Positions 38,167 through 46,573 of a stretch of 64,000 nt of DNA are shown one piece after another (within the stretch, counting starts at the first letter, position 1; each line of letters begins with the position of its first letter). The notes below the pieces were generated by a model. The model searched no databases, was not told the DNA's origin, and was given only the letters and a program-made list of their open reading frames with translations. The stretch comes from Micromonospora sonneratiae (GTDB taxonomy: Bacteria; Actinomycetota; Actinomycetes; Mycobacteriales; Micromonosporaceae), in contig NZ_JBHTMP010000017.1 in NCBI RefSeq assembly GCF_042679305.1, positions 13,551-77,550 on the forward strand, in the 5' to 3' direction. The position numbers and the translations under genes were made by a program.

Positions 38167-39300
38167 TCAGGTCAGTGATCGGAGGGCCTCGGGCCGGTAC
38201 GGGATGAGTTCGTCGTTCCGGCCGGAGCGGATCTTCTCCAGCCAGGCGGGATCGGTCAGGAGGGTACGTCCGGCTGCCACGAGGTCCGCCTCCTGGCGTT
38301 CCAGCAGGTCCACCACCGCCTGTAGGCCGGTGTTGTCCGCGTGCCGGAACTCCAGGAACTCCGTGCCGTCGAGCCCCACCGAGCCGACGGCGATCGTCGG
38401 GCGGCCGGAGAGCTTTCGGGTCCACCCGGCCAGGGTCAGTGGCGAGCCGGCGAATGCGGGCAGCCAGAACCGACGCGTCGAGCAGTGGAACGCGTCGACC
38501 CCGGCGGCCACCAGTGGGGCGAGGAATGCCGCCAGATCGGCTGGGGTTTCGACCAGCCGGGCCGCGTAGTCGCTGATCTTCCATTGCGAGAAGCGCAGGA
38601 TGATCGGGTAGTCCGGTGCCACCACGCTTCGGCAGGCTGCCACGATGTCGGCGGCGAACCGGGTTCGGGCGACGAGATCCCCGCCGTAGCGGTCGGTACG
38701 CCGGTTGGTCCGTTCCCAGAAAAACTGGTCGATCAGGTAGCCGTGTCCGGCGTGCAGTTCGATGCCGTCGAAGCCGAGACGTTGGGCGTCGGCGGCGGCC
38801 CGGGCGAATGCCGCGATCACCTGCTCGATCTCTGTTTCGGTCATCGGCTCGGCAACCGGTTCACCGGTGAGGGACAGCCCCGACGGACCGATCGGCGGGA
38901 CGCCCGGGTTGGGTTGGTCGTCGACCGTGCGATCGGTCCCGACGTGCCACAGTTGCGAGGCGATGCGTCCGCCAGCAGCGTGTACCGCCGAAACCACGTC
39001 AGCCCAGCCGGACAATGGCGCGGCACCGAACAGGCGTGGCACCCGGGGACTGCTGGCCGACGCCGGATGGTCGACCACCGTCCCCTCGGTGATGATCAGC
39101 CCGATGCCGTGCGCGGCCCGGCGGGCGTAGTACGCGGCGACGTCCGGGCCGGGTACGCCGTCCGGCGAGTAGTTGCGGGTCATCGGGGCCATCACCACCC
39201 GATTCGGTACGGTGAGCCGGCCGATCGTGAACGGGCGGAACAACGCCTCGACGGCGTTCGGGACGAGAGTGTTTCCGGACACTGGGATGACTTCTTTCAC
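38167..39300 (-). CDS. Old-Yellow-Enzyme family NADH:flavin oxidoreductase
   Basis: GTG 39300 overlaps the upstream stop (GTGA). FRPFTIGRLTVPNRVVMAPMTR, IITEGT, QLWHVG, GFDGIELHAGHGYLIDQF. Confidence 0.85.
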   Translation of the reverse strand: MKEVIPVSGNTLVPNAVEALFRPFTIGRLTVPNRVVMAPMTRNYSPDGVPGPDVAAYYARRAAHGIGLIITEGTVVDHPASASSPRVPRLFGAAPLSGWADVVSAVHAAGGRIASQLWHVGTDRTVDDQPNPGVPPIGPSGLSLTGEPVAEPMTETEIEQVIAAFARAAADAQRLGFDGIELHAGHGYLIDQFFWERTNRRTDRYGGDLVARTRFAADIVAACRSVVAPDYPIILRFSQWKISDYAARLVETPADLAAFLAPLVAAGVDAFHCSTRRFWLPAFAGSPLTLAGWTRKLSGRPTIAVGSVGLDGTEFLEFRHADNTGLQAVVDLLERQEADLVAAGRTLLTDPAWLEKIRSGRNDELIPYRPEALRSLT

Positions 39301-39890
39301 GCCACGTACGGGGTGGTGGCCTTCGCTTCGCGTAGCGCATGGCCCCACCAGGTGAGCTGGTCGAGGAGGGTTTTGGCGGCTGCGCCGCACTCGTCCGGCT
39401 GCCGGGGCGTCCCGTCGGCGTCGAACTGCTGCCACGCGTTCTGGAAGCTGACCGTGTCCCGGATGGTCACCGCATGCAGTTCGGCGAAGACCGGGCGCAG
39501 TGCCTCGACGGCCCGCAGGCCGCCACTGACGCCGCCATAGGAGACGAAGGCGACCGGCTTCGCGTGCCACTGCCGGTGGTGCCAGTCGATGGCGTTCTTC
39601 AACGATGCCGGGAAGCTGTGGTTGTACTCCGGGGTCACCACGACGAACGCGTCGGCGGCGGACAGCCGGGGAGACAGGTCCTGGAGGGCCCGAACGGCTT
39701 CCGGTGCCGCCTCGGCCCCGAATGCTGGCAGCACCATGGGGAGTGCGGACTCGGCCAGGTCGACGACGTCGACGATCAGGTCGGTGCGTTCGCGGGCCAG
39801 GCGGACGAACCAGTTCCCTACGGTCGGGCCGAACCGGCCCTCCCGGACGCTGCCGATCAACACGGCGAGTTGCAGAGGCTGACGAGACAT
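39297..39890 (-). CDS. NADPH-dependent FMN reductase
   Basis: MSRQPLQLAVLIGSVREGRFG...VVVTPEYNHSFPASLKNAIDW. Confidence 0.85.
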   Translation of the reverse strand: MSRQPLQLAVLIGSVREGRFGPTVGNWFVRLARERTDLIVDVVDLAESALPMVLPAFGAEAAPEAVRALQDLSPRLSAADAFVVVTPEYNHSFPASLKNAIDWHHRQWHAKPVAFVSYGGVSGGLRAVEALRPVFAELHAVTIRDTVSFQNAWQQFDADGTPRQPDECGAAAKTLLDQLTWWGHALREAKATTPYVA

Positions 39891-39949
39891 GGTGATCCTC
39901 CGGAGCCGGCGGGCGTAGATCGTGGCCAGGCGTTCGGCCACCCCCTCGA

Positions 39950-39980
39950 AGGATCGAACCTGAACAAATGTTGAGGTCAA
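39950..39980 (-). promoter_or_regulatory. SoxR-type promoter: -35 TTGACC, 19-nt spacer containing a SoxR-box-like palindrome, -10 GATCCT
   Basis: Minus strand reads TTGACCTCAACATTTGTTCAGGTTCGATCCT. The box CCTCAACATTTGTTCAGG resembles CCTCAAGTTAACTTGAGG. It points at the FMN-reductase/OYE operon and lies 16 nt from the divergent soxR start. Confidence 0.55.
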
Positions 39981-39995
39981 GTTACGCTGGTCAGC

Positions 39996-40451
39996 GTGCC
40001 CCCATCACCGGCGACCATCGAACTGTTGACCATCGGGGAACTGTCCGCCCGGAGCGGCGTTCCGCACTCGGCCCTACGGTTCTACGAGCGGCAGGGACTC
40101 GTCCACAGCCAGCGGACCACGGGGAACCAGCGTCGCTACCACCGCAGCACGCTGCGCCGGATCGCGTTCATCCGTGCTTCGCAGAACACGGGGATACCCC
40201 TGGCGGTGATCGGTGAGGTGCTGGCGCTGTTGCCCGCCGACGTGGCTCCGACCAAGGAGTTCTGGGACCGAGCCTCGGAGTGCTGGAGCAGGGAGATCAA
40301 CGATCGCATCGCCCGGCTGGAGCGGATGCGCGACCGCTTCACCCGGTGCATCGGCTGCGGATGCCTGTCGTTCGACGAGTGTGCCCTGGTCAATCCGGGT
40401 GACCAACTCGCCGATCAGGGCCCGGGGCCGCATCGGCTGCTCGGGCCCTGA
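39996..40451 (+). CDS. soxR: MerR-family redox sensor SoxR
   Basis: MerR HTH LTIGELSARSGVPHSALRFYERQGL. [2Fe-2S] motif CIGCGCLSFDECALVNP. Confidence 0.9.
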   Translation: MPPSPATIELLTIGELSARSGVPHSALRFYERQGLVHSQRTTGNQRRYHRSTLRRIAFIRASQNTGIPLAVIGEVLALLPADVAPTKEFWDRASECWSREINDRIARLERMRDRFTRCIGCGCLSFDECALVNPGDQLADQGPGPHRLLGP

Positions 40452-40461
40452 TCCCTGCCGA

Positions 40462-41664
40462 CTAGCGGGCGATGGCCCGGGAGATGACCAGGCGTTGGAT
40501 CTCCGAGGTGCCCTCGAAGATGGTGTAGATCTTGGAGTCCCGGTACCAGCGTTCGACCGGGTGCTCCCGGAGGAAGCCGGCCCCGCCGAGGATCTGGACC
40601 GCCTTCTCGGTGACCGCCACGGCCACCTCACCGGCCTTGAGCTTGGCCATCGAGCCTTCGCCGGCCAGGAACGGGCGGTTGTTCCGGCCCATCCAGGCGG
40701 CCCGCCAGACGAGCAGTCGGGCGGCGTCGATCTCCATCTTCATGTCGGACAACGCGAAGGCGATGGCCTGGTTCTCGATGATCGGCCGCCCGAACTGGAC
40801 CCGCTCCTTGGCGTACGCCAGGGCGTACTCGTACGCGGCGCGGGCGACGCCGAGCGCCTGCGCGCCGACGGTCGGGCGGGACAGTTCGAATGTCCGCATG
40901 GCGGCCTGGCTGGCGGTGCGTTGCCCGGACCGGGCCCGGTCCAGCCGTTCCTGTAGCTTCTCGGGGCCACCGAGCAGGCAGCGTCCCGGTACGCGTACGT
41001 CGTCGAGGAAGATGTCGGCGGTGTGCGAGGCGCGTAGGCCGAGTTTGGCGAGTTTCCGCGTCGAGGCGAGGCCGGGCGTGTCGGGTGGTACGACGAACGC
41101 GGCCTGCCCCCGGGAGCCGAGTGTCGGGTCGACCGCCGCGGTGACCACGTGCACGTTGGCGATACCGCCGTTGGTGGCGTACGCCTTCTGCCCGGTCAGC
41201 ACCCACTCGTCGGTGGCCGCGTCGTAGACCGCCCGGGTGCGCATGGCGGCCACGTCGGAGCCGGCTTCCGGTTCGGTGGTGCAGAACGCGGCCACGGCCG
41301 GCTCGTCGACGGTGCCGAAGCACTGCGGCACCCATTCGATCAGTTGTTCCGGCGTGCCGCTGCCGTAGATGGCGGCTACGGCCAGGGAGGTGCCGAAGAT
41401 GCTCAGGCCGATGCCGGCGTCGCCCCAGAAGAGCTCCTCGCTGGCGATCGGCAGGGACAGGCCGGTCGGGTCGGCCCAGCAGGTTGCCAGGAACTCGAAG
41501 CCGTATAGCCCGACCTTGGCCGCTTCCTGGATCACCGGCCAGGGGGTTTCCTCCCGGGCGTCCCACTCGGCGGCGGCCGGGCGCACGACCTCGCTGGCGA
41601 AGCCGTGCACCCAGTCGCGTAGATCCCGCTGTTCCTCGTTCAGATCGAGCGAGAACTCGGCCAT
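40462..41664 (-). CDS. Acyl-CoA dehydrogenase
   Basis: ATG 41664 (MAEFSLDLNEEQRDL...). FCTTEPEAGSD, QKAYATNGG, YTIFEGTSEIQRLVISRAI. Confidence 0.9.
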   Translation of the reverse strand: MAEFSLDLNEEQRDLRDWVHGFASEVVRPAAAEWDAREETPWPVIQEAAKVGLYGFEFLATCWADPTGLSLPIASEELFWGDAGIGLSIFGTSLAVAAIYGSGTPEQLIEWVPQCFGTVDEPAVAAFCTTEPEAGSDVAAMRTRAVYDAATDEWVLTGQKAYATNGGIANVHVVTAAVDPTLGSRGQAAFVVPPDTPGLASTRKLAKLGLRASHTADIFLDDVRVPGRCLLGGPEKLQERLDRARSGQRTASQAAMRTFELSRPTVGAQALGVARAAYEYALAYAKERVQFGRPIIENQAIAFALSDMKMEIDAARLLVWRAAWMGRNNRPFLAGEGSMAKLKAGEVAVAVTEKAVQILGGAGFLREHPVERWYRDSKIYTIFEGTSEIQRLVISRAIAR

Positions 41665-41665
41665 C

Positions 41666-42118
41666 TCAGGCCTTGGGGATGTCGAACAGGTTGGCGATGT
41701 TGGCGGCCAGGCCCAGGTCACCCTTTGCCTTCAGCTTGCCGGTCATGAACATCATGACCGGGTTGGCGCCACCGGAGACGATCTTGAGGAACTCGACCGG
41801 GCCCATGGTGAGGGCCAGCTTCGGCTCGCGCTCCGGGCTGGCCGGCACGGTGCAGGTGCCGTTCTCGATGACGACCTCGTAGGTGTCGGAGCCCCCGTCG
41901 GCGCGGCCGGTGATGATCCAGTGGATGACGGCGTTGGTGGAGCCGGCCCGGTCGGCGCGGAACAGTGACGGCATCCGGCCGAAGACCTCGTCGAGGATCT
42001 TGCCGCGCAGGTCGCTCTGCATCACCTGGGCGATCTTGTCGTCCGGGGTGGATTTGACGAGCTGGGCGAACTGCTTGGGGTCGACCGAGGAGAAGTTGGC
42101 CGGGTCGAAGTCAGTCAT
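41666..42118 (-). CDS. SCP2 sterol-carrier-like domain protein
   Basis: C-terminal FMTGKLKAKGDLGLAANIANLF is the SCP2 signature. Directly upstream of, and abutting, the ACAD gene. Confidence 0.8.
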   Translation of the reverse strand: MTDFDPANFSSVDPKQFAQLVKSTPDDKIAQVMQSDLRGKILDEVFGRMPSLFRADRAGSTNAVIHWIITGRADGGSDTYEVVIENGTCTVPASPEREPKLALTMGPVEFLKIVSGGANPVMMFMTGKLKAKGDLGLAANIANLFDIPKA

Positions 42119-42190
42119 TGAAGTCGCACCTTCCGGGACAAGATTAGTTACTACAGCGTAACCCTACGGGCGAGTAGGTAAGCTGACAAG

Positions 42191-42832
42191 GTGTCCACCA
42201 CACCCACCTTCAAGCGGCTGCCGCGCGCCGTACGGGAACAACAGATGCTCGACGCGGCCGTCAAGGTGTTCTCCCGGCGTGGCTTCCATGCCGCCAGCAT
42301 GGACGAGATTGCCGAGGATGCGGGGATTTCCAAGCCGATGGTCTACGCGTACCTAGGCACCAAGGAGGAACTCTTCGTCGCCTGCCTCCACCGCGAGGGC
42401 ACCCGGATGATGGAGGCGATCGCTGGTGTGATCAATCCCGAAATGCCCGCTGACCAGCGGCTCTGGCACGGGCTGAGGGCGTTCTTCCGGTTCGTGGCGG
42501 CGCACCGCGACGGTTGGGTGGTGCTCTACCGTCAGGCCCGGGGTGAGCAGCCGTTCGCCGGCGAGTTGGCTGTGATGCGCGCCCGGATGGTCGAGGTGGT
42601 CGCCGGCATGCTCGACCGGGCACTGCGGGCGGACGGCCGCGAGGTCCGCGAGATCGATCTGGAGATCCAGGCGTACGCCCTGGTCGGCGCGAGTGAGTCG
42701 CTGGCCGACTGGCTGGCGGACCGCCCTGACGCGGACCCGGACCAGTTGGCCGCCCGGATGGTCAACATTGCCTGGCTGGGGGCCGGTCAGTTGCTGAGCG
42801 GCGAGGTGTGGCGTCGCCCCACCGAAGGCTAG
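42191..42832 (+). CDS. TetR-family transcriptional regulator
   Basis: REQQMLDAAVKVFSRRGFHAASMDEIAEDAGISKPMVYAYLGTKEELF. Divergent from the SCP2-ACAD pair. Confidence 0.85.
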   Translation: MSTTPTFKRLPRAVREQQMLDAAVKVFSRRGFHAASMDEIAEDAGISKPMVYAYLGTKEELFVACLHREGTRMMEAIAGVINPEMPADQRLWHGLRAFFRFVAAHRDGWVVLYRQARGEQPFAGELAVMRARMVEVVAGMLDRALRADGREVREIDLEIQAYALVGASESLADWLADRPDADPDQLAARMVNIAWLGAGQLLSGEVWRRPTEG

Positions 42833-43053
42833 GCCGGGGTGGTGCGTCGCCGGCTGCGCCACTTCGCGGCGTACGGCAGCGCGAACAGGTACAGGCCGGA
42901 GAACAGGAGCAGGGCGAGCGGGAGCAGCGGCAGGTAGGACATCCAGAGGGCGGGCTCCTTCTGGGCCAGGGCGACGAACGCGATGACGACGGTCACCGTG
43001 AAGGTGATGGAGAGCCAGCGGTGGATTTGCCGTACCCACTTGTTCCAGTTCAA
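42829..43053 (-). CDS. Small two-TM membrane protein (74 aa)
   Basis: MNWNKWVRQIHRWLSITFTVTVVIAFVAL...LLPLALLLFSGLYLFALPY. Coding status is plausible but unverified. Confidence 0.5.
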   Translation of the reverse strand: MNWNKWVRQIHRWLSITFTVTVVIAFVALAQKEPALWMSYLPLLPLALLLFSGLYLFALPYAAKWRSRRRTTPA

Positions 43054-43264
43054 TGGGACCTCCTCGTCAGTGAGAAACCCCGACCCGCAGCGACCTGTCG
43101 GGTGGGATGTCGATGACGGTCACGCTAGCTGCGGTCCGATGACCGGTGCTTCTCGATTCCTGATCGGTCTGGTCGGCCGATCTGCCTTGCGTGGCGACGT
43201 CTCGGCAGCGTGCTGGCGGTGACGTGCCGCCTGGTGCGATCCCGGCCCTGCCGGCCCGTCGACT

Positions 43265-44575
43265 TCACCGGGACTGGCTGACCGGCACCGTCCCGAGCGG
43301 CACCGTCCCGACCGGCACCGGCGAGTCGGCCGGGGCCGGGTCCAGCAGTGGCCCTCTCACCGACTTGTCCTCGGCCGTGGGGCCGTGGGAGGTGAGCACC
43401 ACCGGGCAGGCCAGCTCGTCCTCGACCGTGGCGACCCAGTCGCGGGGTGGTTCGTCGTACCCGGGTCGGGAGCGCAGCAGTCGACCGGTCAGCGCGGCCT
43501 GCCGGTCCAGGTCCCCGACCGGACCCGGTGCGAGCCGGTCCGTCCAGTCGTAGCGGCGACAGATCCGTAGCTGCGGACCGGCCAGGTCCAGGTGCGTCAG
43601 CGCCAGTCCGTCCACACCGCCGGCCACCTCCAGCGCGTACCGGTGGGCCACCGCGTCGAAGTGCCCGAACCGGAACCGGCCCTGCCACGGGTTGGTCGGG
43701 TTGCGCGGGTCGGCGAACGGCAGGGTCGGGTCCTCGGTCACCAGTGGCCCGGGACCGTGCCGGGTGGTGGCGGTACGCAGCACGCCGAGTCGGGTCGCCG
43801 TACCCGACATGCCGGCCTCCGCCAGCAGCCGCTCGGCGTTGGTGAACGTCGTCGTGCTCCACGTGGTGTACGGGTGGAAGCCGTGCCACTCGTCCAGCAG
43901 CACGCCCTGGGCGCCCTCGAAGACACAGGTCCCGGACCGCAGCAGCGTCGTCAGGTGATTGCCATCCACTATGGACACGCGCTCGGCGAAGGCGGTGAAG
44001 GCGGTGACACAGTCGTCCACCGGTGGGGCGTCCAGCGGGCCGAGTTCGGCGGTGAGCCGGTCACGCAGCGCGGCCAGCCGCTGGCGCAGCACGGCAGGCG
44101 TGACGCAGTCGCCCACCCGGGGTGCCTCGCCGGGGTACGCGAGGTCGTACGCCATCGTCTCGCCCACCCCCATGCCGCAGGAGCCGTGCCGGTCGGCTCC
44201 CCGGGCGACCTCGCGGGCCCGGTTCGCGGCCCGGTGGTACGGCGTGGTCAGCAGCGCCGCCCCGTCCACGGTGAGCCGGTCGAGCGCGTCCGGCACCCCG
44301 ACGGCGGCGAGGTGGTCGGCCTCGACGGCCAGCGCCAGCGGGTCGACCACCATGAACCGGGACAGGTGGGTTCGCACACCGGGTCGGAACGTGCCCGCTC
44401 CGAACTGCGCGAAGGTGTGCCAGCGGCCGTCGGGCAGGACGACGTTGTGCGCCGCCTGCCCGCCCCCGTTGAAGCGGACCACCGCGTGGACCGGCCGTGT
44501 CGCACACAGCCAGTCCACGACGGTGCCCTTGCCGGCGTCCCCGTACCCGAGGTCGACCACGATCACATGGCTCAC
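43265..44575 (-). CDS. Divergent adenylosuccinate-synthetase-family paralogue
   Basis: GTG 44575 overlaps the vWA stop (GTGA). DLGYGDAGKGTVVD (P-loop), GGGQAAHNV, SCGMGVGETM, LTHLDLAG align with the purA motifs in this window but are substituted. Confidence 0.85.
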   Translation of the reverse strand: MSHVIVVDLGYGDAGKGTVVDWLCATRPVHAVVRFNGGGQAAHNVVLPDGRWHTFAQFGAGTFRPGVRTHLSRFMVVDPLALAVEADHLAAVGVPDALDRLTVDGAALLTTPYHRAANRAREVARGADRHGSCGMGVGETMAYDLAYPGEAPRVGDCVTPAVLRQRLAALRDRLTAELGPLDAPPVDDCVTAFTAFAERVSIVDGNHLTTLLRSGTCVFEGAQGVLLDEWHGFHPYTTWSTTTFTNAERLLAEAGMSGTATRLGVLRTATTRHGPGPLVTEDPTLPFADPRNPTNPWQGRFRFGHFDAVAHRYALEVAGGVDGLALTHLDLAGPQLRICRRYDWTDRLAPGPVGDLDRQAALTGRLLRSRPGYDEPPRDWVATVEDELACPVVLTSHGPTAEDKSVRGPLLDPAPADSPVPVGTVPLGTVPVSQSR

Positions 44576-45534
44576 AGCCGGGTGATCCGATCCGCGTCGG
44601 CCCGGACGGCGGGCAGCGGTGACACCGTGGTCGCCCGCCGGTTGGTACCCACCCGGGCGAGTGCCTTCGACACCGTCCTGGTGGTGGCCGAGCCCGCCTC
44701 GTCGAGGTCGTGCAGGCCGGTGTCGAGGTCGACGGCACCCTCGGCGAGGCCGATGGTGAGCGCGATCGTCTCGCAGACCGCGTTCAGGTCGTCCAGTTCG
44801 AGGACGTTCTGACCGAGCAGGTCCCGCCAGAAGTCCAGCACCCGCGCGTCCCCGGCGTACCCGGTTCCGGCCGGCAGCAGGTAGTAGGTGTCGTACCTAC
44901 GGGTCACCTCGTGGATCAGGTGGGCCAGCGGAACGGCCTCGGTCAACTCGTCGCCGATCAGCCTGCTCACCTCGCGCGGCTTGACCTCCGGGTAGGCCAG
45001 TTCGTCGCCGATGATGAACAGGTAGCCGCGGTGTCCCCGCCGCTCGAAACAGTCGATCGAGGTGTGCCGGGCCATGAAGTACAGGGCCAGCTCGTACGAC
45101 TCGGTCATCTGCCCGCCGCCGCCGCCCTCCAGCACGATCCGGCCGAGGTCGTCGTCCATCCGGTTGTCGGACTCGAACTGCCCGACCTGGAGCGGTACCC
45201 GGTCGCAGGTGGCGTCGCCGATCGCGCCGAACATGATCTGCGGATCGCGGGCGTACCCCTTGCGTTGCAGCAGGCCGAGCAGTTGCGGGAGCTTGGTCTG
45301 GAGCACCCGGGGTATGCGACGCATCGAGCCGGTGACGTCGAAGAGGACGGCGATCGCCAACGACTCGGGGTGTTCGGCCGAGTCACGGCTCTCCCGTGCC
45401 GCGCCGGACGGGTCGAGCGCCGGGTGGACCGTACGCGCCCCGCTGTCGCTGTAGGCGAAGGCGCTGGTGCCGGTCGACCGCCGATAGCGGTCGGCCGCGT
45501 CGTACACGTCGGTGGACCAGGTTCCACTACCCAT
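44572..45534 (-). CDS. von Willebrand factor A (vWA) domain protein
   Basis: ATG 45534 follows GGAGG. MIDAS VLFDVTGSM. Downstream GAIGD and FIIGDE strands are typical of a vWA Rossmann fold. Confidence 0.8.
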   Translation of the reverse strand: MGSGTWSTDVYDAADRYRRSTGTSAFAYSDSGARTVHPALDPSGAARESRDSAEHPESLAIAVLFDVTGSMRRIPRVLQTKLPQLLGLLQRKGYARDPQIMFGAIGDATCDRVPLQVGQFESDNRMDDDLGRIVLEGGGGGQMTESYELALYFMARHTSIDCFERRGHRGYLFIIGDELAYPEVKPREVSRLIGDELTEAVPLAHLIHEVTRRYDTYYLLPAGTGYAGDARVLDFWRDLLGQNVLELDDLNAVCETIALTIGLAEGAVDLDTGLHDLDEAGSATTRTVSKALARVGTNRRATTVSPLPAVRADADRITRL

Positions 45535-45583
45535 GTCAGCCTCCAGGTCGGGTTGGGAAGGATCGAATCCAGCGGACTCGAAG

Positions 45584-46573
45584 TCAGTGGGACGAGTCGG
45601 TGGTCAGGGAGAAGGGACGGAAGACGCGCGGTCCGTACAGGCGCTCGAGCACGTCGTCCAGCTCGCCGAGCAGCCGCCAGGCGTCGTCGGGTCGGGCGCG
45701 CAGCGCCCGTTGGGTGCAGCCGTCGGCGAAGGCCCGCAGCGCCCGAGGGATGCGGTCGCCCATCAGGTACGTCATGCAGCGCGTCGCCATGGCGATGTCG
45801 GTGCCCGGACCGGGCCGGTGTCGCGCCGGCACCTCGGGCGGGTACCAGTCGGCGTACGCCGGTACCAGCGCCGGGACGGTGTCCTCGCCGATCACCGAGT
45901 AGCACCAGTCGACGAGCACCACACCGTGCTCGGTGGGCTCGATGAGTACGTGGTCGGGCAGCACCGCGCCGTGCACCACGCCGGCCCGGTGAGCGAGACC
46001 GAGCGCGACCAGCAGCCGCCGCCACATCCAGGCCGCGTCCCGGGGGTCGAGTCCGTTCGGGTAGGCCCGGTGGACCTCGGCGAGGCTGTGCAGGTCGGGC
46101 GCGGTGGCGACCACGTTGATCACGCGTCGGGCGGCGGTCGCCGGGTCCCGGTGCCGGAACGTCTCGACCAGCCGGGGCACGTACGGCAGATAGCGGGGGT
46201 CGCCCCGCTCGGCCAGCGTGCGCAGGGCGGTGGCCTCGCGTTCCATCAGGTCGTTGTTGGTCGGGTCGCGGGGGAGTTTGAGCCAGCGGCCCGACCCGAC
46301 GTCGTACAGGTCGGTCAGGTCGCCGACGTGTACGACGGCACCGAGGCGGTACGTCCCGACGATGGTGACCGCGTGCCGGGCCCGCCAGCGGGTGGTGACC
46401 CGGATGAACGCTTCGGTGGCGGCGGCCCGGTCGGCTGCGGTGGCGGTGCCGAGCCGATCCGGGTGCAGGGCGGTGACCAGCCGGCGGTACTGGCGGTCCG
46501 GCGCGACGCCGCCGAACAGTTCCTCGTCGGTGCGGGCCGTCGTGACGTGGCGTAGCGCCTCGACGAGGTTCAC
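45584..46573 (-). CDS. J-domain (HPD) fused to APH/protein-kinase-like domain with altered catalytic motif
   Basis: GTG 46573 overlaps the Nudix stop (GTGA). YRRLVTALHPDRLG (J-domain HPD). Kinase-like VVHGAVLPDHVLIEP and VVLVDWCYS (HGD replaced by HGA; DW in the DFG/IDW position). Confidence 0.75.
   Translation of the reverse strand: MNLVEALRHVTTARTDEELFGGVAPDRQYRRLVTALHPDRLGTATAADRAAATEAFIRVTTRWRARHAVTIVGTYRLGAVVHVGDLTDLYDVGSGRWLKLPRDPTNNDLMEREATALRTLAERGDPRYLPYVPRLVETFRHRDPATAARRVINVVATAPDLHSLAEVHRAYPNGLDPRDAAWMWRRLLVALGLAHRAGVVHGAVLPDHVLIEPTEHGVVLVDWCYSVIGEDTVPALVPAYADWYPPEVPARHRPGPGTDIAMATRCMTYLMGDRIPRALRAFADGCTQRALRARPDDAWRLLGELDDVLERLYGPRVFRPFSLTTDSSH

Noticed and set aside
42119-42190. 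TetR operator in the SCP2/TetR divergent region (AGTTACTAC ... GTAGGTAAG inverted arms 19 nt apart, GACAAG direct repeat)
   Set aside because: It is plausible, but the arms are short and imperfect. It is not strong enough to list as a feature without binding data.
43265-44575. PurA paralogue as phage-type PurZ (2-aminoadenine genome) or as part of a formycin-like C-nucleoside gene cluster
   Set aside because: There are no phage structural or replication genes, no dATPase/MazG-type partners, and no PurC/PurH-like, C-glycoside synthase or other biosynthetic neighbours. The context is regulator + vWA + J/kinase-like instead.
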